A DNA stretch of 64,000 bases. It comes from Phoronis australis (taxonomy: Eukaryota > Animalia > Phoronida). The notes below the pieces were generated by a model. It saw nothing but the letters and a program-made list of their open reading frames with translations. It did no database searches and was not told the origin of the DNA. Location of the stretch: contig NMRA01000060.1 of NCBI GenBank assembly GCA_002633005.1, positions 383,357 to 447,356 of the forward strand, in the 5' to 3' direction. Below, piece after piece: positions 26,795 through 38,900 of this stretch (position 1 is the first letter of the stretch; every line of letters starts with the position of its first letter). Position numbers and translations under genes: made by a program.

Positions 26795-27173
26795 TCAACA
26801 ATTGGTCGGACTTCAAAACAGTCGGCTGGACAGCAAAATCAAATGGCCGGTGATCAAACATGTCGTTCGGACTTCAAAATGCAATGGCCTCACCCAAAAA
26901 AAAACTGCAAGTAGTTTTCTGGACCCAAAACACAATGGCCAGTGCTATAACCAGTTGGCCGGTGACTTGTTCGGCCAAGGGGTTTGAGCACCCGCCAATC
27001 CATATTAGGTTTGGCCAACCAGTTTTTTGGGTTCGGCCATCTGGTTTTGAGGTAGCAGACATCGCGCTTTGAGGTTCGGCCACCAAGTTAGAACACCGGC
27101 CCTTGGATTTTGCAGTCCAACCAGCTGGTCTTGAAGTCCAGGCAAGTGGTTTTGAAGTCCAACCAATTGTTGA
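26795..27173. mobile_element. Foldback MITE
   Basis: tcaacaattggtcggacttcaaaac / gttttgaagtccaaccaattgttga TIRs with mirrored internal subrepeats. Confidence 0.8.
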
Positions 27174-28923
27174 ATAAGCATTGCTTTCATGTTAACAAAG
27201 AGCAATGGAAATCTGAGCATTAGAATGATAAACTAACAACCTTTGCTTGTTTGACAAACACAAGGTTTGACACTTCACAACAAAAAGCATGAAACAGGAG
27301 ATAAAAATCTCCTCTCATCCTCAAAGTATAAAAATAACTGTTCTTCAATAACAGTACTTTCAAAACTGCATCTACCGTCCTAACTAACCCATTCACATAA
27401 TGATGTTATCAAAAAAAAAAAATTCCTTATCACAGACCACCACACATAAATAATGTGGATTTGGTTTGTGCTTAACAAATCACCAAATTTAATATGCAAA
27501 AGTAAATAAATTACCATGACCTAAATATTGTACCTAAGCAGGTCTCTATAAAGAGTTTGTGAACTAATATGAACATCTACAGTAACATTTTGCTGCGAGT
27601 AACTTGACTTTGAAATCCAAACCCTAAAACTATGAAATTGGTCATCCCTTTAAATTAAAATAAATTATCAATAAATAGTTTATAGTTACTGAACTCATAA
27701 GTTGAAGCGATTGTTTGCACACAACTGTAATAAGACCTTCAGGCAAACATCTTAAAAACTGGCGAGTGTTGCATTCGTCAAGCAATATTATTTCTTCTGA
27801 AGAAATAATTCAAGTCATGAAATGCAAGTTTTCCAGGCAAGCATGGATCTCATAGCCAACATTTCCCAAACTGCCTTCAGCATATTTAATCTTAGTTTGA
27901 ACGCTTCACCAGCTGAGGTGTGCAAACTATCTCTTGAACCACCATACCACAGTATTGCACTCTTAACTAATACATCATTTAATATGTAGATGGAGTAAAG
28001 CTAAGTACCAAAAGGTATGCCAAAAGAAAGTCTAGCAAAGTCGCAGTAGAGTAACAACTTACACCACATGCATATATGGCATACAAAATCCTTTACAAAA
28101 ATAGTTTCCAGAAAAATTCCCAGTGAAATTACATTGCAGTTACGCCAAGATCTTCAATTGGAATATAACAAAATAATCGACATTAAAACAACCCAAATTT
28201 GTGCTTCACTTAATGTCATTTCGTTAAGAGATCACAGTGATGCAGAGAGGCAGGCAATACTTCAGGGAGTTACCCAAGCCTAATGCGATGACGGAAACGA
28301 ACCGTTTACCGCAGTCGGTAGGATGAGCCATGAAGCACAAACGACAACGGTTAAATTAACATTTACCAAAATTCTGTTTGCCTCATGTCACATCAGTGAG
28401 TAGATACTGAATAAAAGAGGTCACAGGAAGACAGACTTATCCAATAATGAAAGTAAACTCTAGGAAACAAAGTTTCGCGCGATTACTTACTGTATACAGT
28501 ATATGCCATACATTCAGACAAAATGACGCGGGATTCCCAGTCATGATAGCTGGATGGAGGCTAAACTCAACGTCAGAATAGCCTTCTCTGAAGACGAAGA
28601 ATGAAGGAGAGTAAATGGGAAAGTTGGAAATGTGGCTAAAACATTCCGTAATTAGAATTTTGCCACTAAAATAGTCAATACCTGCCATTTTTACTCTCGT
28701 AATGATGGGAAACAGTGTTTTGTCTGTTTACTTTTGTTCAGTACTGATGACAGCTTGCACCAGCAACTTTGTTCAAAACACACTATCTCTAGCAACTGGC
28801 CGTCACTTGAAAACTGAGTGGGGAAAAAGAATGGACTCTTCAAGACAGTGAGAATAATTATTAATACAACTGACATATCCCAATGATCAAGGCCATAAAA
28901 AATTACTGTAAATGAATTGAGGT

Positions 28924-29172
28924 CAGGGCTTGGAATTACAAATGACAAAAAAAGAGGAAACATTTCCAGGTGTATTGTCATTCCACAAATTAATAGGCTT
29001 GTGAGATAGAACTATTTTTTGTGATGTAAAATTTTATTGAATCATTCTTGCATGGATTAATTCAAAATAATTATGAAAAAGAGACAAAAAAGAGGAAACT
29101 GGAAATCAAAAAAGAGGAAATCGAAACCAAAAAAGAGAAAATCTTCTTAAAAGAGGAAAATTCCCTGCCCTG
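28924..29172. mobile_element. hAT-like MITE with 6-bp TSD; second copy at ~25065-25320
   Basis: CAGGGC...GCCCTG flanked by TGAGGT on both sides; ~250 bp homologous to 25065-25320. Confidence 0.8.
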
Positions 29173-29297
29173 TGAGGTTCAACTTCACTATACAAGACAA
29201 ATCAACAAAACAAAGGGGTCTGCTATCACCAAAAGTATACACAACCAAGAGTATGTACAGTTAACAGAAAAAGAAAATCCTTTAAATTCAAGTGTTC

Positions 29298-29968
29298 TCA
29301 TGACGACAGCTGCTGTGAACTTGTCCGTTTCAACTGAACTTTTGCATCTTCGCTGCCAGAATGTTCAACTTTATCTGGGTTGATGCGGTTCTCCACAGCA
29401 ACTGGCTGGTCCGTTTTGAGGCAGAAGACTGGCTTGTTCGATGAAGGCGGTGACGGCATTTCTACGGAAGCGTCGTCCGATTTAAACTCTTGTTTGCTAC
29501 TGCCAGAATCCTTCAACGACGAATTAGGTGTCCCTGAATCGGCATACAAAGGTTCACTGCTGCTCCGAGATCGCTGCTGATCCACAGGGGGTAGTAGCTG
29601 AGGAAGAGGTGTGTCGCCCTCGTGGTCCGACAAGAGCGACAACACAGGTGAGGTGTGCGGTATCAAAGTCTTGGGACTGCTGTGTGCACGTGGCTTCACA
29701 TTCATCTCCTTAGAATCATCCACAGACGGATTCACAACCGACACAACATCACTTTTATCAACACTTTCTCTTGTTGCGTGATTTTCTTTGTTAATTACAC
29801 TATGTTTCGACACCATATCAGGTGTGCTGGTACTATCTGTATCATGACTGGCTCCTGGAATTTCTGAAGTATTCCCTGAATGTAATCTGTCCGCTGACAC
29901 GTGACTTGCAGGACTAGAGGAAGCTTGTTCTTTAGTTGTGCGACGAGGACTGTGGACTCGAGCATAGC
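29298..29968 (-). CDS. CLEC16A: CLEC16A exon 23 (last coding, low-complexity tail)
   Basis: tgccag acceptor, [10 protein letters not shown]...QQLSS-TGA, inside ORF 29298..30035. Confidence 0.82.
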
Positions 29969-32900
29969 CTGGCACAATATAAGATAATATTTCCGTTACA
30001 CAATAGTGTTTACTACGTGACGCAACTATAGCCACGTTTTTTTAATTAAGCTGAAGTTTGTATCGTTGAGCTGGCTGAAAACAAAAATTGAATTAAGACT
30101 TTACCTCTGACTCATAAAATTGGTCTCCTAACATTCTTTACCATGACAGGATTCTGTTTCTGTTACCAACAAGACCATTGAGACCATTATTGATTCTAGA
30201 AAACCCTTCAGAGTTTATTGGGGTTGGACAACCACAGATTTGTGGACTCAAAAATGTCACATGGACACATTGCCTGTGACTTGAGTTGCTGGGTCATTCG
30301 GAAATAATTGAAAATTGGATGAGAGTGGTAATGTTTTAAACACCAAAGCACTTCGGTTACAAATTTAACATTGACAGCTAAACAGGGAGGAAACACAGCT
30401 TAAAGTGGAACTTGCACGTTAATTCATTATTTCTGTGATTGCCTTGTCAAATTAGTTAGAAAACACAACATATAGCGAGGATGTGAATATGAAGTAGGTT
30501 GAAAATTGCCAAATGTTTTTAAGAACGAGATTTGTGTCGAAAATGATGTGCCGTAAATCACTCAACAGTGTCCAGTAAGTATCGTGACATGGTGTTGGGG
30601 AATAACACTGCATGATGCCAGCTATGAGAGCATCCAAGGTACATGATTAGTGCAAAGGTCACTTATTTGCAGAATTTTTTGTTTTCACATTTACAAGTTG
30701 TCAGTGAATAGAACTGTACTTTGTTTAGCATAGATGATGTTCAAATAGCATTGTTGTTTAGTTTCTGCTACACATTAGCACAGTTTAAAGTGCAATAAAC
30801 AATAAACCAGTGGATTCTGCTAAAAACCAATACTTGCGTTAAGCCAGTTAATGTACTGTTACACAATCAGTTTCATCTTGTTCCTAACTCGTTATTGCTT
30901 TAGATGAGGCACATTACGTTACTGGTTCCACCTAATTCATTGTAGCGAATTTCAACTCAAACAAGGGATAACAATGCGATGCCATTACTTTGGAAGAGCA
31001 GAGACACTTGTAAAGTAAGTTTTTCTACTAATACTTAAGCATGGTTAACAACTAAAAAAAAGTTACAGCCCTTAAGCTACACACAGCGTAATGTGTAAAC
31101 ATTTCAGATTTAGCCTGGCGTACATTTTCAAGCTTTTACGTGTGGAAAGAGCTACGTTCTTAAGACAGTTTGAAGTGAACTACGTGCTGAATTATGTAAT
31201 TCACTGAACAGGAATTTCCACTGCAATTTTACAGTGTTATACAGTACTATGGACTGACTAGAGTTTATTGCCTGCACCTGCGGCGTCAGTTACCAATCAA
31301 AACTTGATGCATTCTATTTAATTTAAAGTTGGCAGATTTCTACTCAATTATTGCTCTATGACGTTTTTTAGATTTATTATGAAAGTACACGCAATCCACA
31401 TCTGCTCCAAACTTGCCGAACCAAACAATTTTTGACATGGAATCATGGTGGACTGTCAATGAAGCCAGCCAACTCTATACAGCGTTCAACGAAATTTCAA
31501 TTATAGTTTTCCCTAAAATGATAAGTACACTCTGACCAGAATGTAGTATCACACAAATGCGACTGAGGCATAACACAAAAGCTAAATCGTGAACACAAGT
31601 CAATATAGATACCTGGACTACTCCGACCTGACGGGGATGAGCCTTTGCGCGAGCTTCCCGATGGCGATGAGCCCTTGCGCGAGTTCCCTGAGGAGCGACG
31701 TTCCTTTCTGCGAGCTGACAAGTCCTCTAGCGGTATTTCCACCTGGGCACTACCGTCCGATGAAGACCTACTATGGCGGTGCTCAGTTGTGGGGTGTAGG
31801 GCCTGAAAAGCTGAGGTGGCCTCTACTGCTTGCTCCACCTCAGGGGACGAGGTTCTACCCTCACCATCTAGAGCGCTGCCACTGTTGGTGCTGCGGTGCC
31901 TGTGGTGACGCCGGTGGTGATGATGGTCCGTCAGGGCATTGGAGCGCGGTCGGGATGAGGATGGCTGACTTTTAACTGGTGGCAAAAAGGAAAAGAAAAA
32001 AATGGTTGTAAATACTTCACAAAGCACTGACAATGGTTGCATGAAAGATTGTCTCATGATTCGATCACCTAAATCCTTTTATAAAATCTATTGTCAGCTT
32101 GCTAAATTTCACCAGGAAACGCTTTCACCAACAAATTTACGAAAATGGCCACCAGCTACCTCTGGCCACAGTGTGGTAAAGTTATCTCACCTGAGCAGAG
32201 CAACCAAAACTGGGAAGTATTTCAGAAAAAATTTGATAACTCCTATCATAAACCCACATCTGTCTTATTAAATAATCTGTCTCTTTCCACCTCCACACAA
32301 CAAGATCATTAACCAAGCAAAATTACAAACAAGGACAGTAAGGCAGAGCTTTGCCAGTCAATCAGCAGCAGATTCTCCTTACCTGACCTGGGCCTAGAGT
32401 GACTGTCCTGTTGACGGACAGCTTGGAAGGCGGGCACATTGCCCACAGAGGCAAAGACAGATTGCTGCAGTTGGTCCTGGGAGGTGCGTGATATTCTCTG
32501 GTCACGAGGGGCCATCAGGGGCATGACACGACCTGAGCAAATATGACGCGTGTTAGGACATGAGGAAATTGATAAGATGTCGATCAAATTTTATTTTTGC
32601 CAACGTTCTGATGTGGCTCTGAATTACAGCCAACTTCAAACCACCGTTTCACATTGACTTATTTTCTTAAACCAACTGTCTTCTTAACACGATATCATAC
32701 AAGTATAACTGAGCTGCATCTTTACCAGTCCTTATCCCCTTTCTTATTTTGAGCATGAAACTTAACAGCAATTGGTTTTCTTTCAGTAGTATTTACTAAA
32801 TGGAACTCCATAGCTCACTAGTGACATTTGCCACTAAATTCATCTCCACAAACTCACTAGTTAGAAGTAGGCAACATTAATTTATTGACCGAACCATCTG

Positions 32901-35900
32901 CAATGAGAGAGCTAACCAGTGCCACAATTGCACCTAACATGTTTACAAAAAACAGCTACCTTCACTAAATACAGTGCACAAATACACACCTGGGACTGCT
33001 AGTGGCGGCGGTGTCCTAGTCTGGAACTGACTGCCATAGACACTGCCGCTCCCCCCACTGCCCATGGACTCCAACATGTCGCTGGGAACGTCCAAGAGTC
33101 GAGCGATCATCAACATCTTACGCTGCCGAGCCTTAGCTCGTCCTTTGGTGAGGCGTTGCTTGGCCGCCATGCACCGGATGTGGTCGTCAAACGTAAACTT
33201 GGCAGCAAGGAGCGGGAATGGCCGGCCGTGAGCAGATGCCGATGGACGGTGGATAGACACGTGCAGTGACCGACTGTCTTCTTTGTCGCCAGTCACGTCA
33301 ACATCCTGTGGTGATACAATAACACAATCATCACTTTTTAAAAAGCAGGTAACTGATCAACAGAATCTCAATGGTGCCTGTAAGTAAATGACACAGTATT
33401 AAGAAGCATGTTTAACATAATTCAGTTGGTGAAAGGAGACTTGAATGAGAGGCATTTTGCAACAAGAAAACAATGTACTATGACAGGTAACTCCTTATAG
33501 ACACTTGTTTCATCTAAATACTGTTCATTCACATGACACATTCAGAAGCAAAGATGCCTCAAGCAGATTCATTTTAGGGTCGCTTTGGGAACAGAGTCGG
33601 AGAACTGTGAGTCAGCTCAGAGATGTTCATGTAATGCCTGGCCAATAGAGTGCAGTGACAGGTATTTCAATGCATCATTAGTACAGGCAGCATAACAAAC
33701 AAGAATATACACAAACAAGAAGATACCAAAACAGCTGATGGTTAGCAGCCTATGAATTATGATAAAACGTCACCTGGAGAAATCCGACAAACTTGACGAT
33801 GCCCCACCCAAGCCGCTTGGTGTCAGGCTCAACCAGGATGAGTTGCAGGACATCGATGACCAGGAACCGCCGATCCTTCTTGCCATCCTTGGATGTTACA
33901 GCACAGGCTATGAGATCACTATTGTCTGGAAAAATGGGAAGTAAAATCTGAAGCAAATGAGAACAGTATGGATACAATGGAAAGTCTGAAGCAAGCGAGT
34001 CTGCTGTAGCTGAAAGACAGGAAAGTAATGGGAAACACACGGAGACTATGCCTAGGCAATGGGAGGTCAAATGTGAAGCAGCACAGTATCACTTGTCACT
34101 TATTTGGGAAGGAACGTGTGAAGTGTCGCAGTCTGATATGTCTGGAAATGGAATGGGGAACGTGAAGCAGTCATACTGTACCTGCAACACTGGACTCAGT
34201 GAAGACTAGTGTGTCTGGAAAACGGGAAGGAAATTTGATGCAGTTTAGTACAATTAGAAACGTTAGTCTATTTGAAAATGGGAAGGTGTAGAGCATGACC
34301 ATTTGTTTTACTTGGGAAATGCGAGCAAAAACGTGAAGCAGTCCATTTCAGTAAGCAATAAAGATGGAACTGCAAATGTGAAGCATTCGCCTACAATGAA
34401 CCAGAAATCATGGGAAAATAAGAGTGAGTTCATCACATTTAGCAAGGGTAAAAACATTGGCACACATCTGGAAACAAAAAGGTGTGAACCTAGTGAAATA
34501 GGACGAAAACAATGAATTGGTCAAGTTTAGCCTGATAGTACACGTAGGAGTAGCAAAGTGTGAAAGTGTAAGTTAACAAGAATTGAGAGCAATGCTAGAA
34601 ACAAACAAAAACAAGGAAATAGAATTGTTGTTCATTCTATACAAATGAACAATCAAGAGAAAAAACAAAATTCAAGCTACAGCTGTAGCAAGTGTTAAAA
34701 CTAATAAAACCATTCTCTTGGCCACTTCCACACTGCCTCTGGCTGCCACCATTGCACCACCCCCAACCAAATTTGAGAAAGCGCTGGTACAGATTTGTCA
34801 ATATTTTTCAATTACTTAAAAAAATGTGAATTTTGTAACTTTACACCAAAACGTTCAGCATTTCAGAGATGTCACCTTTTTGCTGTCAGTTTGTAATTGA
34901 ACAGAGTGTCTCAAATAAACACTTTTAACTGGAACAGACACAGTCATTTCACAAACATATAGCTGCAGGACAAGACAAAGACAGAATCCGAGATACCAGT
35001 ATCAAGAAAATTGACCAAGCTTCCTCTTGTCTAAAATCGGCAAAATTTCAGCAAAATGACTTAGAGCTATTTTCATCTATTCCATTCAAGGTTTATGCCA
35101 TATCTATAGGAATTTCATCTATGTTTCCTGCACAAGGGCCAGTTTAGCCATGTTTATGTGATGCTTAGCTATGACAGTGTACCACTACTCATTACAAGGT
35201 GCCAACAGCATAGAGCACCTGTCAAACCTGTACATGCAGAGGCAGGGTGACAGGAAACTAGGCGAAGACTTACTGAGATCCAAGACGTCTCCCAGCTTGA
35301 CACACTCATCAGTTTTGGTCAGGGGAAGCTGTGTCTCTTGTTCATTACACAGCTCCAGGGACAATGCTCTGATGAGGAAGAACACTCGAATAGCCTACAA
35401 GGAATCAACATGAATTGTAAGGGTGACAACACACCATAATGCTACGCCAACAGTAAAAACATGTTTGGTCTGGGACATACCACCAAAGTAGTTCAATTAT
35501 TCCTTATATTGTGCAATTATTTAATTTTTATTCGTTTATTTCTTATTTTTTGTGCTTCACTGGAAGGCCATGGTGTAAATAAAATGCTAAATATTTCTGA
35601 CTTATCCTCGTCATATTTCATGTCCCAGTATTCTATACATAGTGCGTTGCGATTTTATAGGAGATTTGCAAAAATAAAATTCAATCAATCAGTCAAGCAG
35701 ACAGCCATTCCATTATCAGACAAACTGTGAAACCTAGTAGGTAAGGCCATGGGCTAAGAGCCAAATAACATATTTTTGGGAACAACCAAAAATGCAATGA
35801 GCTTATATTGCGAATATCATATTCAATTTAACTTGAGTTCTAGTCAGATTACAAATAAACCTAAATATGATCATGGTCTTATTTGAATACGAGACCATTC

Positions 35901-38900
35901 TGAAAAACAATACCATGGCCTTAATGTATACAAGTTTGCAGTATCCAGACTTTACTCTAACTGTGACTGTGACGAACCCATCCCTACTCACCCTCCGTGC
36001 CCTCTCCACCTCGCCACAAGGCAGCCTCTTGTTGAACTCTATCCCTGTCAGTGGGGTACCCGTCGGCTGAAGAAGGATGGACGCGTCCATTGTCAAGTAT
36101 TCCACATTGAGGGGTTTCTTCTAAAATATCATTAAGGGTGACACAAATGTTTAAATGGAAGTACTGCGGGTATCGAATAAAGAATGAACATTTTACTCGA
36201 CATTAAAATAATGAGTGGATTAGAATTTGACGCCCACCCAGATGCTAATCTATCATGGATTCAATTTATAATCAACACTAGTACACATTTGTACGACTGA
36301 GTCGTCTTCAGCAATGCAGCTGAATGCCTTGCTCAAGGACACACCCACAATGCACGTGGAGTCTGAAGTTGAACCCATGACCTTTGAGTTGAGAGACCAC
36401 CTTGCCACACAGACACAGTAATTACTTTCAGAATTTCAGCTAAAAAATCAACGCAGTTTCCTTTAAGATTAATCAACGGCATGCCACACATTCTGACAGA
36501 TACGATCAACAGAAAGCAGCTAACAGAGGTGATCACCATTCGTGAATTATTTAATGAAGGCAAAGACTTTTCTGAACATATCCTATAACAGAACCTTATG
36601 AACAAACACAGACAGTCTTTACAACAGTTAGTTAGCACTTACCATCATGTCTCTGAACTCATCTTCAAACATGTCCATAAACATCTCCTCGGACTGAAAT
36701 GAGCAGAAAACAACATACAATTGATGGCTATGTGGCAAAACTACTCAACACATGTACACACCCCAGCAAACACATTTTCATTCACATGCACCTTGTCTAT
36801 AGCTGCATTAACAAAAGATGGGAAACTTATACACGACTGCAAGGCAGAGTCTAACACGCTACAAACTGGGAACACATTGATACAATAAAAAATAATATGA
36901 TATTATTTAAAGAAATATGTTCTTTATGATAGACCGCATTTAAGACGACATTACAGAATGCATGGTGGGATATGCTGTGGTACAGTGTCACTGGATCAAT
37001 TAAAAACTTTCTGAAATTTTGCCTTTGAAGAAATATTTTTTCTTCCGTCTTTTCTAGAAACTATTACAGGTGAAGAATTACCAGAACTACATGGACTTGG
37101 CTAAATACGTAAAAATCAGTTACCATGTTACCACTCCTGACATCTGACTCACCCCGTAACACAACCTTGCCATGTTCCAATTCAGTCTGTACAAATCCCT
37201 CATTATGTTCATACCCCCTGAAACACTCACCCTGTAGTCCCTCAGCATGACTCACCCAATAACAATCCTTCGTCTTCATACCACCTACACCAGACTCACC
37301 CTCTGCTCCCTCAACATGACTCACCCTGTAATAATTCCTCAACATATGCATGCTCTCCTCCCTTGCGGCCAGGATACAGGCCAGGTGACGGTCCTGCAGG
37401 TAACACACCTTCTCACCGGCCGCGTTACCAAACACCAGCTGCTTCAGCAGTAGGATACTCATTTCCAGGGTTGCTAGGCGCACTCGGCCAGCTGTAATAG
37501 TGGGCCAATGAAATGTTGTTACAGTTGACAATCTCCGCGGTCATCATTTCAATATCTAATCACACACCCTGACAGTTTCGTCTGCATGTCCGAGACAGGA
37601 CATTGAAATAGCAGAATCATCAATTTTAAATCAAATACAATTCCTGGAATAGTTTTGAAGGCTGAGTCAGAATGAGTTCATTGATGTACGGATTTTGGAA
37701 TCATTAGATATTGGGTATTCTCCGTGTATTACACGTTTGTAATGTGGATTGGAAGCTTGTTGCATGACATCAACCAATCTAAATGCAGTATGTGGGAACA
37801 AAACTTGAGCACGTGTTTGACTACAAACCAAATCACACAGACCATCATCTCACACTTACTGCGACAGCGTAGCTAACATGCTCGATGAACCTGTCTCAGA
37901 AATGTGCAACCAATCACAAAACCGCATCTCTGAGATGTAAATATCCTAAATATGCCCCTGCATCGCACATTTCTTCTCTTTTAGAAAAATGGTAAGTATA
38001 CCTGGTTGGCATCCAAGTGTGATAATCTTGATGAGCCGTTCAACAAGGGACACGTTGTAGTGATCCTTCTTCTGTAAACAATCAATCAACAAATGATCAA
38101 TCATTAATAAATGCACAGGTTAACACGAAGCAGACACCAAGACCTGCAAACATCTTCAGGCATGTAATCAGAGCCCACAGTTAACGTTTTAAAAACTTTC
38201 ATCTCACTGCTTTCAGGAAAAAATGCTCTGTGCTATTATGTAATTAGACACAAGGGCCAAGGCCTTAAAGGAAAATTCTGTCGTATCTCCAACGCCAACA
38301 ACTCATTAGATACACTAGCTGTTGCCTTCAAAATAATTAAATGCTATTCTTTATAACATCTGTCCATGGTTAATACTTCTACCTCCTGTTGAACAACTTG
38401 AGTAACATGATTGTTGACATAGTTTTCCTATCAATTGAGCAGCTGGTGCTTAATGGTAATAAGAGCACAAGTCTGTGATATCGAATATCATGAATATCAG
38501 ATACTACAATCAGGCAAAATGAAATGTAGTCAGTGTCTCAATAGCGCCGGCATCAGTGACATGAATTAATATTTCCGAGTCAGAATCAGACCTGCTAACT
38601 GAAGCCATATATACACACACGCACGAACGCACGCTCGCACACATATACATGTTGCATTGAAAAGTAAGCTGTTCTTTGCTTTAATTTGTTTGTACAACAA
38701 ACTTTCGGAGTGTCTACACAAGTGTCTTTCATCGGATGGTAGTTGAGATAATAGATCGCCCAGTGTATGCAACCTTATATTCGTGTTTAATGTCATTGTT
38801 CTTGTTTCATGTATCTTACACGATAGCGTTTATGATTTTTAAATTTATTTGCCTTTGATGACTGATGTATAGTCGAAGTACCGCTACTGTTTTATTGTGA

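Noticed and set aside
29048-29383. Lys/Glu-rich + strand ORF
   Set aside because: Reads through an A-rich MITE and antisense to the CLEC16A stop region
37860-37890. Extra CLEC16A exon (gacag...gtaagt, 31 nt)
   Set aside because: Would shift the frame, acceptor is weak, and exons 14 and 15 already join in phase
38852-38885. TTGATGA...GTCGAAG as hammerhead or SECIS in the Penelope-like relic
   Set aside because: Both core halves are mutated and no consistent stems could be drawn
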